Positions 50,375 through 58,279 of a stretch of DNA of 64,000 bases are shown one piece after another. The DNA comes from an uncultured Chloroflexia bacterium (GTDB taxonomy: Bacteria > Chloroflexota > Dehalococcoidia > GIF9 > UBA5629). Every line of letters starts with the position of its first letter. The stretch's first letter is position 1. The notes beneath the pieces are model-generated. The model had not been told where the DNA came from and did no database searches. It was given only the letters and a program-made list of their open reading frames with translations. Where the stretch lies: assembly GCA_963775935.1 (NCBI GenBank), contig CAVZKR010000003.1, forward strand, positions 321,012 to 385,011, in the 5' to 3' direction. The position numbers were made by a program, and so were the translations under genes.

Positions 50375-50539
50375 TTAGTGTTTTCTAATCAAATACATTG
50401 AGGCGAATACTATTACAGGTACACATGCAATGACTATGATTATCCAGAATGGAGCATTATCGCCCACGACAGCATAGTAAATCGAGTATATTGAAAAAGC
50501 TGTTAAGGCTATTATGGTATATATCGCGAGAGCTTTCAT
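50375..50539 (-). CDS. possible small two-TM membrane protein (54 aa)
   Basis: GGAGAG lies 8 nt upstream of the ATG. Sequence MKALAIYTIIALTAFSIYSIYYAVVGDNAPFWIIIVIACVPVIVFASMYLIRKH. Below the track cutoff. Confidence 0.4.
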   Translation of the reverse strand: MKALAIYTIIALTAFSIYSIYYAVVGDNAPFWIIIVIACVPVIVFASMYLIRKH

Positions 50540-50967
50540 TGTAGACTCTCCAATTATAATCTAAATGGTTATTTACCTTGCATTCTTTCTTGTTCTTGCC
50601 TGTTTAATCTCAATGAATTCTCTATCGAAAATATACCCTGCGCTCAATCCCGTGCATGCTTAAATTGAACCGAAGAATCTTGCACTATAGCGATTTACAC
50701 CTCCAACAATTGTTTCAGACTAGTAAAGATGTTTTCGTATAGCTCATGCCTATCCATAGCAAACATTTTGTAGCCATTGCTACTCATGTGCCAATGGTGA
50801 CCAGCTACAGAGCCAGTACTTCATCTTCAACTCTAGCCATATCAGTATCAACTATAGAAGCAGCCAGTGTATTGGTCAACAGAAACGTGGATATATTTTA
50901 AGCTGGTTTGGATAGTCACTATACAAGAAGCGAGTTTTTAAAAGAAGGATGACCGATCAATTTGTGG

Positions 50968-51216
50968 CTACTCTAGCTGGCTAAATAGTACAGCGCTATC
51001 CTTGAACAATGACGATATAGATACATTCAAAATCTTAGCTATCGCGATAATTTCAATGTCCGAGACAGGTCTTCTCCCACTTTCGATTTTGGCTATGGTT
51101 GAACGGTCTATTCTAATTCCCAGTAATTGCAGCTCAGCAGCCAGCTTCATCTGAGTCATTTTCACGTTTTTACGAGCGTCTTTAATACGTAAGCCGACAA
51201 TGTTCTTCCTGGTCAC
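50968..51216 (-). CDS. XRE-family helix-turn-helix regulator
   Basis: LRIKDARKNVKMTQMKLAAELQLLGIRIDRSTIAKIESGRRPVSDIEIIAIAKILNVS is a canonical Cro/C1-type HTH. Confidence 0.88.
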   Translation of the reverse strand: MTRKNIVGLRIKDARKNVKMTQMKLAAELQLLGIRIDRSTIAKIESGRRPVSDIEIIAIAKILNVSISSLFKDSAVLFSQLE

Positions 51217-51317
51217 AAATGAATAATAAGGGATAAGTTAAGATGATAGTGTGCTTGTAGCGCACATTCCATGCTATAATACGCCATGTGCAGCGATAAG
51301 CTATCCGAAAATTTAGG

Positions 51318-51710
51318 ATGCCTTTGGTGACTGCAAATCAGGGGCTATCATCACTATACCGACGCATAAAGAAAAATTGCTGTATAGCATGGCAGACAGA
51401 TGCCCAAAAATTCTATAAATGGTATGACACCCAGTTTGAGAGACAGAGTAATAGCTGCCATTACTGCCACTTGCCAGGAAATACGAAGGAACATTACGGC
51501 AAGTGGTTTAGATATGGTAGACGCGGACAAAGGCTAGAAGTAGATAGAATAGAGAGCAAGAAGCCATATTCTCCTGATAATTGCGTCCTAGCCTGTTATC
51601 CCTGTAATAACGCTAAAAGCGATGTGTTTTCCTATGCCGAATTCTTGCGTATCGGGAAAGCCATTCGTGCAGTGAAGAAAAGACCTCAGCGTTTATCTAA
51701 CCAAAGTTAA
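51318..51710 (+). CDS. HNH endonuclease
   Basis: CHYCHLPG...LEVDRIESKKPYSPDNCVLACYPCNNAKSD is an HNH motif with flanking Cys pairs. Divergent from the XRE gene. Confidence 0.85.
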   Translation: MPLVTANQGLSSLYRRIKKNCCIAWQTDAQKFYKWYDTQFERQSNSCHYCHLPGNTKEHYGKWFRYGRRGQRLEVDRIESKKPYSPDNCVLACYPCNNAKSDVFSYAEFLRIGKAIRAVKKRPQRLSNQS

Positions 51711-51846
51711 TAATTCCAAAACAACCTCTTTTAGCACCTTGAAAAAGTAAAGAAAGTGTTGGATAGCTACTGTCTCTTTTTATAAGTTCGCAAAGTAGCG
51801 AAAGTCAGTTCTAAAGCAATCCCATTTTCGCAGAAGCTATACATGA

Positions 51847-52779
51847 CTATATATTTGAGAGTAAATCCTGCATAGTTTGGATATCGATACTTTTCGGTTT
51901 ATTAACATCCATCCCTTCTGGTGGTGGCTCTTTGCCGACAACCGTGTAATTGAAGTTCAAGAACTCGGATAGCCTCAACACCTCGTCTACATCCTCTTGA
52001 GTCGCTTTCACTCGCTCATTAAGTAAAGCATTAGCTTGAACCAGCCTCCTTAAATGCCTGGTTGCCCTAAACCCGTAAGTAGACAGGCGCTTTTGCATTC
52101 CTTTTGCAGGTTTAATTAATTGCTCTGCTAACTTATCTGGAAGGACAACTTCTACCTTATCAAGAGAATCCTTCAGCAGCTTTAGTCTGGGCATACTATA
52201 CGGTTTACCGAATAGTTGAGCCTCGTTTTTCTTAGCTGAAGCCTGAAGAATTTTGTTGACTACATCCTCTCCATATTGATAGCTGATGGGTAGAAAGCGA
52301 CTCAAAAAGCCTACCGAAGACCATTTCTTCCATCTTCTCTCGAAATCTCCATGCGCAATCGATGTAATCACTCCTCCGCAAACTGGCTGTGGCAGTATTA
52401 TCCTGTCGCCAGCAAAAGCTTTACTATCTATTTCCTTTACTCCCTCCTCAGTAAAAGAATTTAGAAAGGTGATAGTGCTATCAACCAAATATTTTTGGCG
52501 ACTTATGCAATTAAGCAAGTCAGGGATGATCAAGTGATGGTATACGTACTCGTCAGTATCGGTCTCATTGAAGCTTTGTAGGTGTTGTTCAGCAAAACTT
52601 GTTGGTGTAAAGTTATTGAGGTATAAAACTCCATCCATCGACGCATACTGGGCTAGTGATGCTGTTTTAGCACTTTCCACCAGCGCGATAATGATTGCGC
52701 TTAATGGTCTTACTCCCCTCAAATTACCGGTTAATATGACAAGTAGTATTGTTTTTTCAATTGGTTCTAGTTCAATCAT
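51847..52779 (-). CDS. hypothetical protein (310 aa), possibly an AAA+-like fold with a degenerate Walker A
   Basis: ILLVILTGNLRGVRPLS sits where a P-loop is expected. HHLIIPDLL is Walker-B-like, GGVITSIAH is sensor-1-like, and FLSRFLPISY is an SRF/SRC-like box. This reading is inferential. Confidence 0.6.
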   Translation of the reverse strand: MIELEPIEKTILLVILTGNLRGVRPLSAIIIALVESAKTASLAQYASMDGVLYLNNFTPTSFAEQHLQSFNETDTDEYVYHHLIIPDLLNCISRQKYLVDSTITFLNSFTEEGVKEIDSKAFAGDRIILPQPVCGGVITSIAHGDFERRWKKWSSVGFLSRFLPISYQYGEDVVNKILQASAKKNEAQLFGKPYSMPRLKLLKDSLDKVEVVLPDKLAEQLIKPAKGMQKRLSTYGFRATRHLRRLVQANALLNERVKATQEDVDEVLRLSEFLNFNYTVVGKEPPPEGMDVNKPKSIDIQTMQDLLSNI

Positions 52780-53048
52780 TTTTTACCTCCAATTACTATT
52801 TTGTCTGAGCCGTCATATTTAATTTTGACCCAATACGAGCCATCATTCTCGCGAATGGCAAAATAATGTAACCATTGCTTTGGTATAACCAGTGCATGGC
52901 TATCTCCAACTTCCACTAGCTGCTTTATAGATGTCAGCCGACCATCTTCTTGAATTAATTTCCGTTTCCAAGGTCGTATACTGCTCCCCATTAAGACAGG
53001 GCTTCTGCTAAGAGAGTACAATGGCTGAAAAGAAGGAGAAAAACAGCC

Positions 53049-53318
53049 ATGAAACGAAGGAAATGGGATCCGAAAACCAAAGCAATGATTGTGGTAGAAG
53101 GGCTGAAGGGAAAGCAAGTTTTCGAAATCTGCATCGAGCACCAGATTAGCCAGGCACAGTACTATCAATGGCGGGATCAGTTTCTGGCCAACATGTACCA
53201 GGTATTTACCAGCGATGACCGCAGAGAGAAGTCATTGACTCAAGAGAATGGTCGACTTAAGAGGATCATCGGGGACCTCACCGTGGAGTTAAAAAAAGTA
53301 AACGAGTTGTTAGAATGA
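53049..53318 (+). CDS. IS3-family transposase OrfA (copy 2)
   Basis: Translation identical to 48154..48423. Confidence 0.9.
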   Translation: MKRRKWDPKTKAMIVVEGLKGKQVFEICIEHQISQAQYYQWRDQFLANMYQVFTSDDRREKSLTQENGRLKRIIGDLTVELKKVNELLE

Positions 53319-54091
53319 GACGGAAAGAATCAACGTTAGTAGCGGAGCGAAATTCCCCTATTGTCGAGCGGATCAAAGCAATCAAAGCTGAGCATCCGTT
53401 CTGGGGATACCGGCGTATCTGGGCGCATCTGAAATATGTCGACGAGCTTGAGATCAACAAAAAACGAGTGCTCAGGTTACTCCAGAAGCATGAGCTCCTG
53501 GTGAAGCCAGATACAAAGCTTAAGGCGATAAGGACACCAACCAGGAACAAACCAAAACCAGATCGTCCTAATCAGTGGTGGGGCATCGACATGACCAAGG
53601 TTATGGTAAATGGGTTTGGCTGGATGTACATCGTGGTTGTCCTGGACTGGTACACCAAGAAGATTGTTGGGTACTATGCGGGCATGCAATGCCGGAGCAA
53701 ACACTGGCTGGAAGCTCTGGATGCTGCAGTGAACAGGCAATTCCCTGATGGAGTGCGGGAGCAACGACTGTTTCTCATGTCGGATAATGGGAGTCAGCCA
53801 ACATCAATCGGCTTCATGAAAGCGTGCCGGGATATGGATATTACCCAGACGTTTACCAGCTATAACAATCCGAAGGGTAACGCGGACACAGAGCGAGTTT
53901 TCAGAACAATGAAAGAGGAGCTTCTCTGGCTCAGAGAGTGGACTAGTCCGTTTGAGATGGCAGATGCCCTGGGCAAGTGGATAGAGTACTACAATGGCAA
54001 GTATTTACATTCAGCGCTTGGATACAAATCGCCAACCAAATTTGAGGAGGAATATCAAAACAGCCAGGCTACTCTCTTAGTGACGGCTTGA
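53315..54091 (+). CDS. IS3-family transposase OrfB (copy 2)
   Basis: Translation identical to 48420..49196. Confidence 0.9.
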   Translation: MRRKESTLVAERNSPIVERIKAIKAEHPFWGYRRIWAHLKYVDELEINKKRVLRLLQKHELLVKPDTKLKAIRTPTRNKPKPDRPNQWWGIDMTKVMVNGFGWMYIVVVLDWYTKKIVGYYAGMQCRSKHWLEALDAAVNRQFPDGVREQRLFLMSDNGSQPTSIGFMKACRDMDITQTFTSYNNPKGNADTERVFRTMKEELLWLREWTSPFEMADALGKWIEYYNGKYLHSALGYKSPTKFEEEYQNSQATLLVTA

Positions 54092-54148
54092 TTTCATGGG
54101 GTGCAGTACAGTCGTGGCATTTAAGCCTCCTCCAATTTATTTTATTTC

Positions 54149-54187
54149 ACTTATTAGAATAACTAGATAAATTACTTATTAGAATAA
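54149..54187. promoter_or_regulatory. tandem 14-bp direct repeats upstream of the AbrB-like gene (candidate operator)
   Basis: ACTTATTAGAATAA occurs at 54149-54162 and 54174-54187, a 25-bp period. Both lie 30-70 bp upstream of the minus-strand ATG at 54120. Confidence 0.45.
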
Positions 54188-54761
54188 TCAGGTTAAAACA
54201 TGGGGCAGCTTATTGAGACTATTTAGTATTACACCTCCTCTATTTAGCGGCCAATAAAAAAGGCGCGCCAAAAAGATTTCTCCTTTCGACACACCTTTGC
54301 TCTCTAACTAGCAGCCAGAATTGCCTAAGCTTACTGGCCTGCGTTTAGATCTTGCTTATAACAATGTTCTAGCCTATTTTAAAGGCTATCCAATTCGCTT
54401 CTGTTAGCTTCACTAGAGTCGGTCATTACCTTGGCTTAACCGCGCACATTGAAATTTCCACTTATAGCAGTATCTAGCCCCTATGCGAGACCGCCAAATT
54501 TGACACGCCTTTGTTGACTTCAGTAGTGGCTATATCGCCTCAGTCTAATCGCTCACGTCGTCGCTAACACCAATAGCAGTGTTCTATACCTATACGTAAA
54601 GCCGTTCTATTCAATTGTTAATGTTCTAGCCTCAATATATTGGATAAAGGGAATAAAGTCAAGTTAATTTTGTACGCCTATACGGTTACCTATTCGAGTT
54701 TAGCAGATATTAATCTCGGCCACTAGCTTTATCAACGTAATACCAATATGACGTTATTCTC

Positions 54762-54791
54762 TTGACAATAGTACATATGTTCTATTATAAT
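54762..54791 (+). promoter_or_regulatory. promoter of the dnaE2-like operon with an embedded LexA-box-like palindrome
   Basis: TTGACA (54762-54767), 18-nt spacer, TATAAT (54786-54791). The spacer contains AGTACATATGTTCT (54770-54783), one mismatch from AGAAC-N4-GTTCT. Confidence 0.55.
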
Positions 54792-54823
54792 AATCGACGC
54801 TGCCTCGGGAAGGGAGGATTGAG

Positions 54824-55072
54824 GTGTCCAAAACTATCAACGAGCCTATCCGTGTTTATGTGAATAAAGATTCCAAGCCGGCTGCCTTTATCTGGCGACG
54901 ACGCCTATACCATGTGCTTGAGATTACTGCCTCCTGGTGGGAAGTTGCGGATTGGTGGGATGGGAAGCCCGAGTGTCTTATGCTTCGTGTCTTTGCTACC
55001 AAGAATGTTACAGGCACCTATGAACTCTGTAATAACGGCTCTCAGTGGTTTCTCTATCGTCTCATTGACTAG
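54824..55072 (+). CDS. small W-rich protein (82 aa) translationally coupled to the dnaE2-like gene
   Basis: GTG start after GGGAGGA. Sequence ...FIWRRRLYHVLEITASWWEVADWWDG... The stop overlaps the AGGAG of the next gene. Family not recognised with confidence. Confidence 0.65.
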   Translation: MSKTINEPIRVYVNKDSKPAAFIWRRRLYHVLEITASWWEVADWWDGKPECLMLRVFATKNVTGTYELCNNGSQWFLYRLID

Positions 55073-55081
55073 GAGTCCCCG

Positions 55082-58000
55082 ATGGGTTTCATTCACCTTC
55101 ATGTCCATTCTCAGTACAGCTTTCTTGATGGTGCTGCCACTGTGAATAAGCTCCTAGAGAGAGCAAAAGAGTTAACCATGCCTGCCCTAGCACTTACCGA
55201 CCACAACCGTTTGACCGGTGCTATCCGCTTTTATGATACGGCACAGAAAATGGGCATAAAGCCGATTATCGGTGCTGAGATAAACCTGGAAGGCGGATAT
55301 CACCTGCCCCTGCTTTGCAAAGATATGACAGGGTATTCTACCCTTTGTCGCCTGCTGACCGCAGCTCACTTATCCAACCGTAACCAAAGACCATGTGCTA
55401 CTAGGGAAATGCTGAGTAAGTATCATTCAGGATTAATAGCCCTCTCAGGCTGTGACAAAGGTGAAATTCCATCTCACTTGAAAAAGCACAGTATTGAAGA
55501 GGCTGGATTAATTGCCAACTTCTACCGACAGGTCTATGGCACTGATTTCTTTATTGAACTTTATCGTTACCCTTCGCAAGATGGTATGTCTCTCAGTCAC
55601 CGGCTAGATGGTTTTGCTAAGGAACTGGGTATAAGTACTGTAGCTACTAATAACGTTCACTATATCAATAGGCGGGACTACAAAATCAAGGAATTGCTCA
55701 ACGCTGCACAGCGTAATATTCCAGTATCGCAGTTAAAAGGCAATCGAACAATGGAGCAGTACTTTAAGTCAACTGATGAAATGGCCGAACTATTCAAAGA
55801 TTTCCCTGATGCTATAGCTATGACAGGTGAAATCGCGTCAAGGTGTAATCTTGATCTGCCATTAGGCCAACCACGTTTCCCAAAATTTACTGTGCCTGAA
55901 GATGAGACCAGCTATGGCTATCTTTCTAAGCTTTCTTATGCCGGAGCTGTAAGGAAATATCGAACACTAAGTCAACAAATTACCGTGAGGCTGGAAATGG
56001 AACTGGATACCATTAGGCAACTCGGTTTCTGTGATTATTTTCTGGTGATCTGGGACATAGTACAGTGGGCAAAAGCAAGAGGCATACGATACCAGGCTAG
56101 AGGTAGTGCGGTGGATAGCTTAGTGGTCTATGTGCTGGATATCAGTATCGTTGACCCTATTAAGTATAATTTACTTTTTGAACGGTTCATGCATCCTCTC
56201 AGAAAAGAGCCTCCTGATATTGACCTCGACATAGACCGTAGTCGCCGTGACGAGGTACGTGATTATATCTATCAGAAGTATGGCACTGATAATGTTGCTT
56301 GCGTGGGCACAATCAGCACCTACATGGCGAGAGGTGCTATCCGAGATGCAGGTAAGGCACTACAAATGCCGGATGACATTATCGAAGAGGCTTGCAATGG
56401 GATTCATTATCTTTCTGCGTCAGGCCTCATGGAAAATGCCGAGGCTCTTCCTGAGCTTAAAGGCAGTACCATTTATCAAATACCTGCTTTGCAAGATTTT
56501 TTTCGACTTTGTGCTTCTATAGACGGGTTTCCTAAGCATATGTCCGTTCATTTAGGAGGATTGCTCATCGGAGACGGCAAATTGTCTGATTTAGTCCCTC
56601 TGGAATGCTCTAGTGGCGGTGATATCATCAGCCAGTATGATAAAGACGATATAGAGAGGCTGGGCATTGTAAAGATGGATGTGCTGGCACTTCCTACTCT
56701 CACTGTTATCGAGGATACCCTAGCCGAGATTAAGAAGAACCGAGGTATTGTTATTGATATTGACACTATTCCTAGATATGATAGCGAAGCACTTAATATG
56801 TTGCGAAATGGCAAGACGATTGGTGTATTTCAGCTGGAATCACCAGCACAGAGAGAAATGGCAGGAAGGCTATTACCAGACTGTTTTGAGGATATTATCG
56901 TGTCAATCTCACTAGTCAGACCAGGGCCATTAAAATCGAACATGGATAAGATCTATCTGCCGAGAAGGCATGGCATTGAATCAGTTACCTACCTTCACCC
57001 TGGCCTAAAGAATGCCCTCGAAGAAACGTTAGGGGTGATACTATTCCAAGAACAAGTGCTCAAGGTGGCTCATGACCTGGCTGGCATGAGTTATGCTGAG
57101 GCCGATGGATTCAGGCGAGCTATGACTCATGACCGTACCGAACAGGAAATGGAGAAGATGCGGGAGACGTTTATCTCTTCTGCTGCCAAGCGTAAGGTTA
57201 ACAAAAACATCGCCAAAACTGTTTTCGGGCAACTGGCTGCCTTCGCTGCTTACGGATTCTGTAAAGCTCATGCTGTCGCTTACGCTATTGTTGCTTATCA
57301 GACTCTTTGGTTGAAATGCCATTATCCTGCAGAATTTTTCGCTGCTGTGCTCTCCAATCAGCCTACGGGGTATTATCCGTCGAGAGTACTTATAGCTGAT
57401 GCTAGGAGATTCGGGGTAGCGATATTGCCTCTCGATATTAATCGATCTTTTGACAGGTACACGGTAGAGAATGGCGCAATAAGGATAGGGTTTAAACAGC
57501 TAAAAGGTATGTCGGAGAAAGCTATGCAATCAATATTAACCGAGAGGTTGAAGGCTCAATACACATCGCTTAGAGATTTTATTTCGAGGACTGATATGGG
57601 TCAGCATATTACGGAGAATTTAATTAGAGCAGGTGCTTTTGATGCCTTCGGCAATACCAAGGAACTCTTATTACAACTTCAAAAGTTAGTAAATATTAAT
57701 CGCAACAGTGATTATGGCATAAGGCCATTGTTGGAATGTGGTAATGCAGAATCAACATCAATTAAGAATACAAATTCGAAAAACAAGATGGAGAGAATGT
57801 TGGCAGAACGTGAGCTTCTATCTCTCGATCTATCAGCACACGCGCTGGATTTCTTTGATCTTAATGACGGATTTACCAAGATAAAAGATTTGAACTCAAT
57901 TGCCACAGGGAAAACTGTTAAAATTGCTGGCTCCGTTATCCGTTACCAGACACCGCCAACACGGAATGGTAAAAGAGTAGTCTATGTGATAATAGAAGAC

Positions 58001-58174
58001 GGAACAGGCGTAGCTGATGTAACGGTATTCAATGATGTGCAGGAAAAATGTGGACAGGTATTATTCCGTGAAGCTTGGCTGATTATAGAAGGTAAAATTC
58101 AGAGAAGAGGCCCTAAGGCACTTTCTATCATCGCCAACAATCTGTACCCTTTACTAATAAAAATAGGTGGTTAA
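55082..58174 (+). CDS. dnaE2: DNA polymerase III alpha-subunit homolog, DnaE2 (error-prone) type
   Basis: 1,030 aa. PHP N-terminus HLHVHSQYSFLDGA...ALTDHNRLTGA. The GYSTLCRLLTAAHL stretch, the overall length, and the C-terminal OB fold without a tau/beta-binding tail fit DnaE2 rather than replicative DnaE. Confidence 0.8.
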   Translation: MGFIHLHVHSQYSFLDGAATVNKLLERAKELTMPALALTDHNRLTGAIRFYDTAQKMGIKPIIGAEINLEGGYHLPLLCKDMTGYSTLCRLLTAAHLSNRNQRPCATREMLSKYHSGLIALSGCDKGEIPSHLKKHSIEEAGLIANFYRQVYGTDFFIELYRYPSQDGMSLSHRLDGFAKELGISTVATNNVHYINRRDYKIKELLNAAQRNIPVSQLKGNRTMEQYFKSTDEMAELFKDFPDAIAMTGEIASRCNLDLPLGQPRFPKFTVPEDETSYGYLSKLSYAGAVRKYRTLSQQITVRLEMELDTIRQLGFCDYFLVIWDIVQWAKARGIRYQARGSAVDSLVVYVLDISIVDPIKYNLLFERFMHPLRKEPPDIDLDIDRSRRDEVRDYIYQKYGTDNVACVGTISTYMARGAIRDAGKALQMPDDIIEEACNGIHYLSASGLMENAEALPELKGSTIYQIPALQDFFRLCASIDGFPKHMSVHLGGLLIGDGKLSDLVPLECSSGGDIISQYDKDDIERLGIVKMDVLALPTLTVIEDTLAEIKKNRGIVIDIDTIPRYDSEALNMLRNGKTIGVFQLESPAQREMAGRLLPDCFEDIIVSISLVRPGPLKSNMDKIYLPRRHGIESVTYLHPGLKNALEETLGVILFQEQVLKVAHDLAGMSYAEADGFRRAMTHDRTEQEMEKMRETFISSAAKRKVNKNIAKTVFGQLAAFAAYGFCKAHAVAYAIVAYQTLWLKCHYPAEFFAAVLSNQPTGYYPSRVLIADARRFGVAILPLDINRSFDRYTVENGAIRIGFKQLKGMSEKAMQSILTERLKAQYTSLRDFISRTDMGQHITENLIRAGAFDAFGNTKELLLQLQKLVNINRNSDYGIRPLLECGNAESTSIKNTNSKNKMERMLAERELLSLDLSAHALDFFDLNDGFTKIKDLNSIATGKTVKIAGSVIRYQTPPTRNGKRVVYVIIEDGTGVADVTVFNDVQEKCGQVLFREAWLIIEGKIQRRGPKALSIIANNLYPLLIKIGG

Positions 58175-58279
58175 ATTCCACCTTGAATTCTACATTTGAT
58201 AAACAAGGAAACCCATTGCAATAGCTGGCATTAAACGAAGAAAGGTGGTATAAATATTAGGGAAGGTCAGCACCATTAA

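Larger units (their letters stand above)
52977..54110 (+). mobile_element. IS3-family insertion sequence, copy 2 (1,134 bp, same orientation as copy 1)
   Basis: Same ends and identical ORF translations as copy 1. Its own 4-bp target duplication is GTCG (52973-52976 and 54111-54114). Confidence 0.9.
52776..54120 (-). pseudogene. AbrB/MazE/SpoVT-type small DNA-binding protein gene (68 codons), split after codon 3 by IS copy 2
   Basis: GGAGGAGG-n6-ATG CCA CGA C (54120 down to 54111) joins, once the IS and one GTCG copy are removed, to CT TGG AAA... This gives MPRPWKRKLIQEDGRLTSIKQLVEVGDSHALVIPKQWLHYF... The stop overlaps the 310-aa gene start (ATGA). Confidence 0.8.

Noticed and set aside
48078-54114. 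Composite transposon formed by the two IS copies
   Set aside because: Each copy has its own matching 4-bp duplication (TCTG/TCTG and GTCG/GTCG). The outer flanks differ, so the copies are independent insertions.
54355-54640. Additional LexA boxes at the repeated TGTTCTA motifs
   Set aside because: They are half-sites only. The partner GAAC arm at N4 spacing is missing (for example TAAC-N3-GTTC at about 54357).
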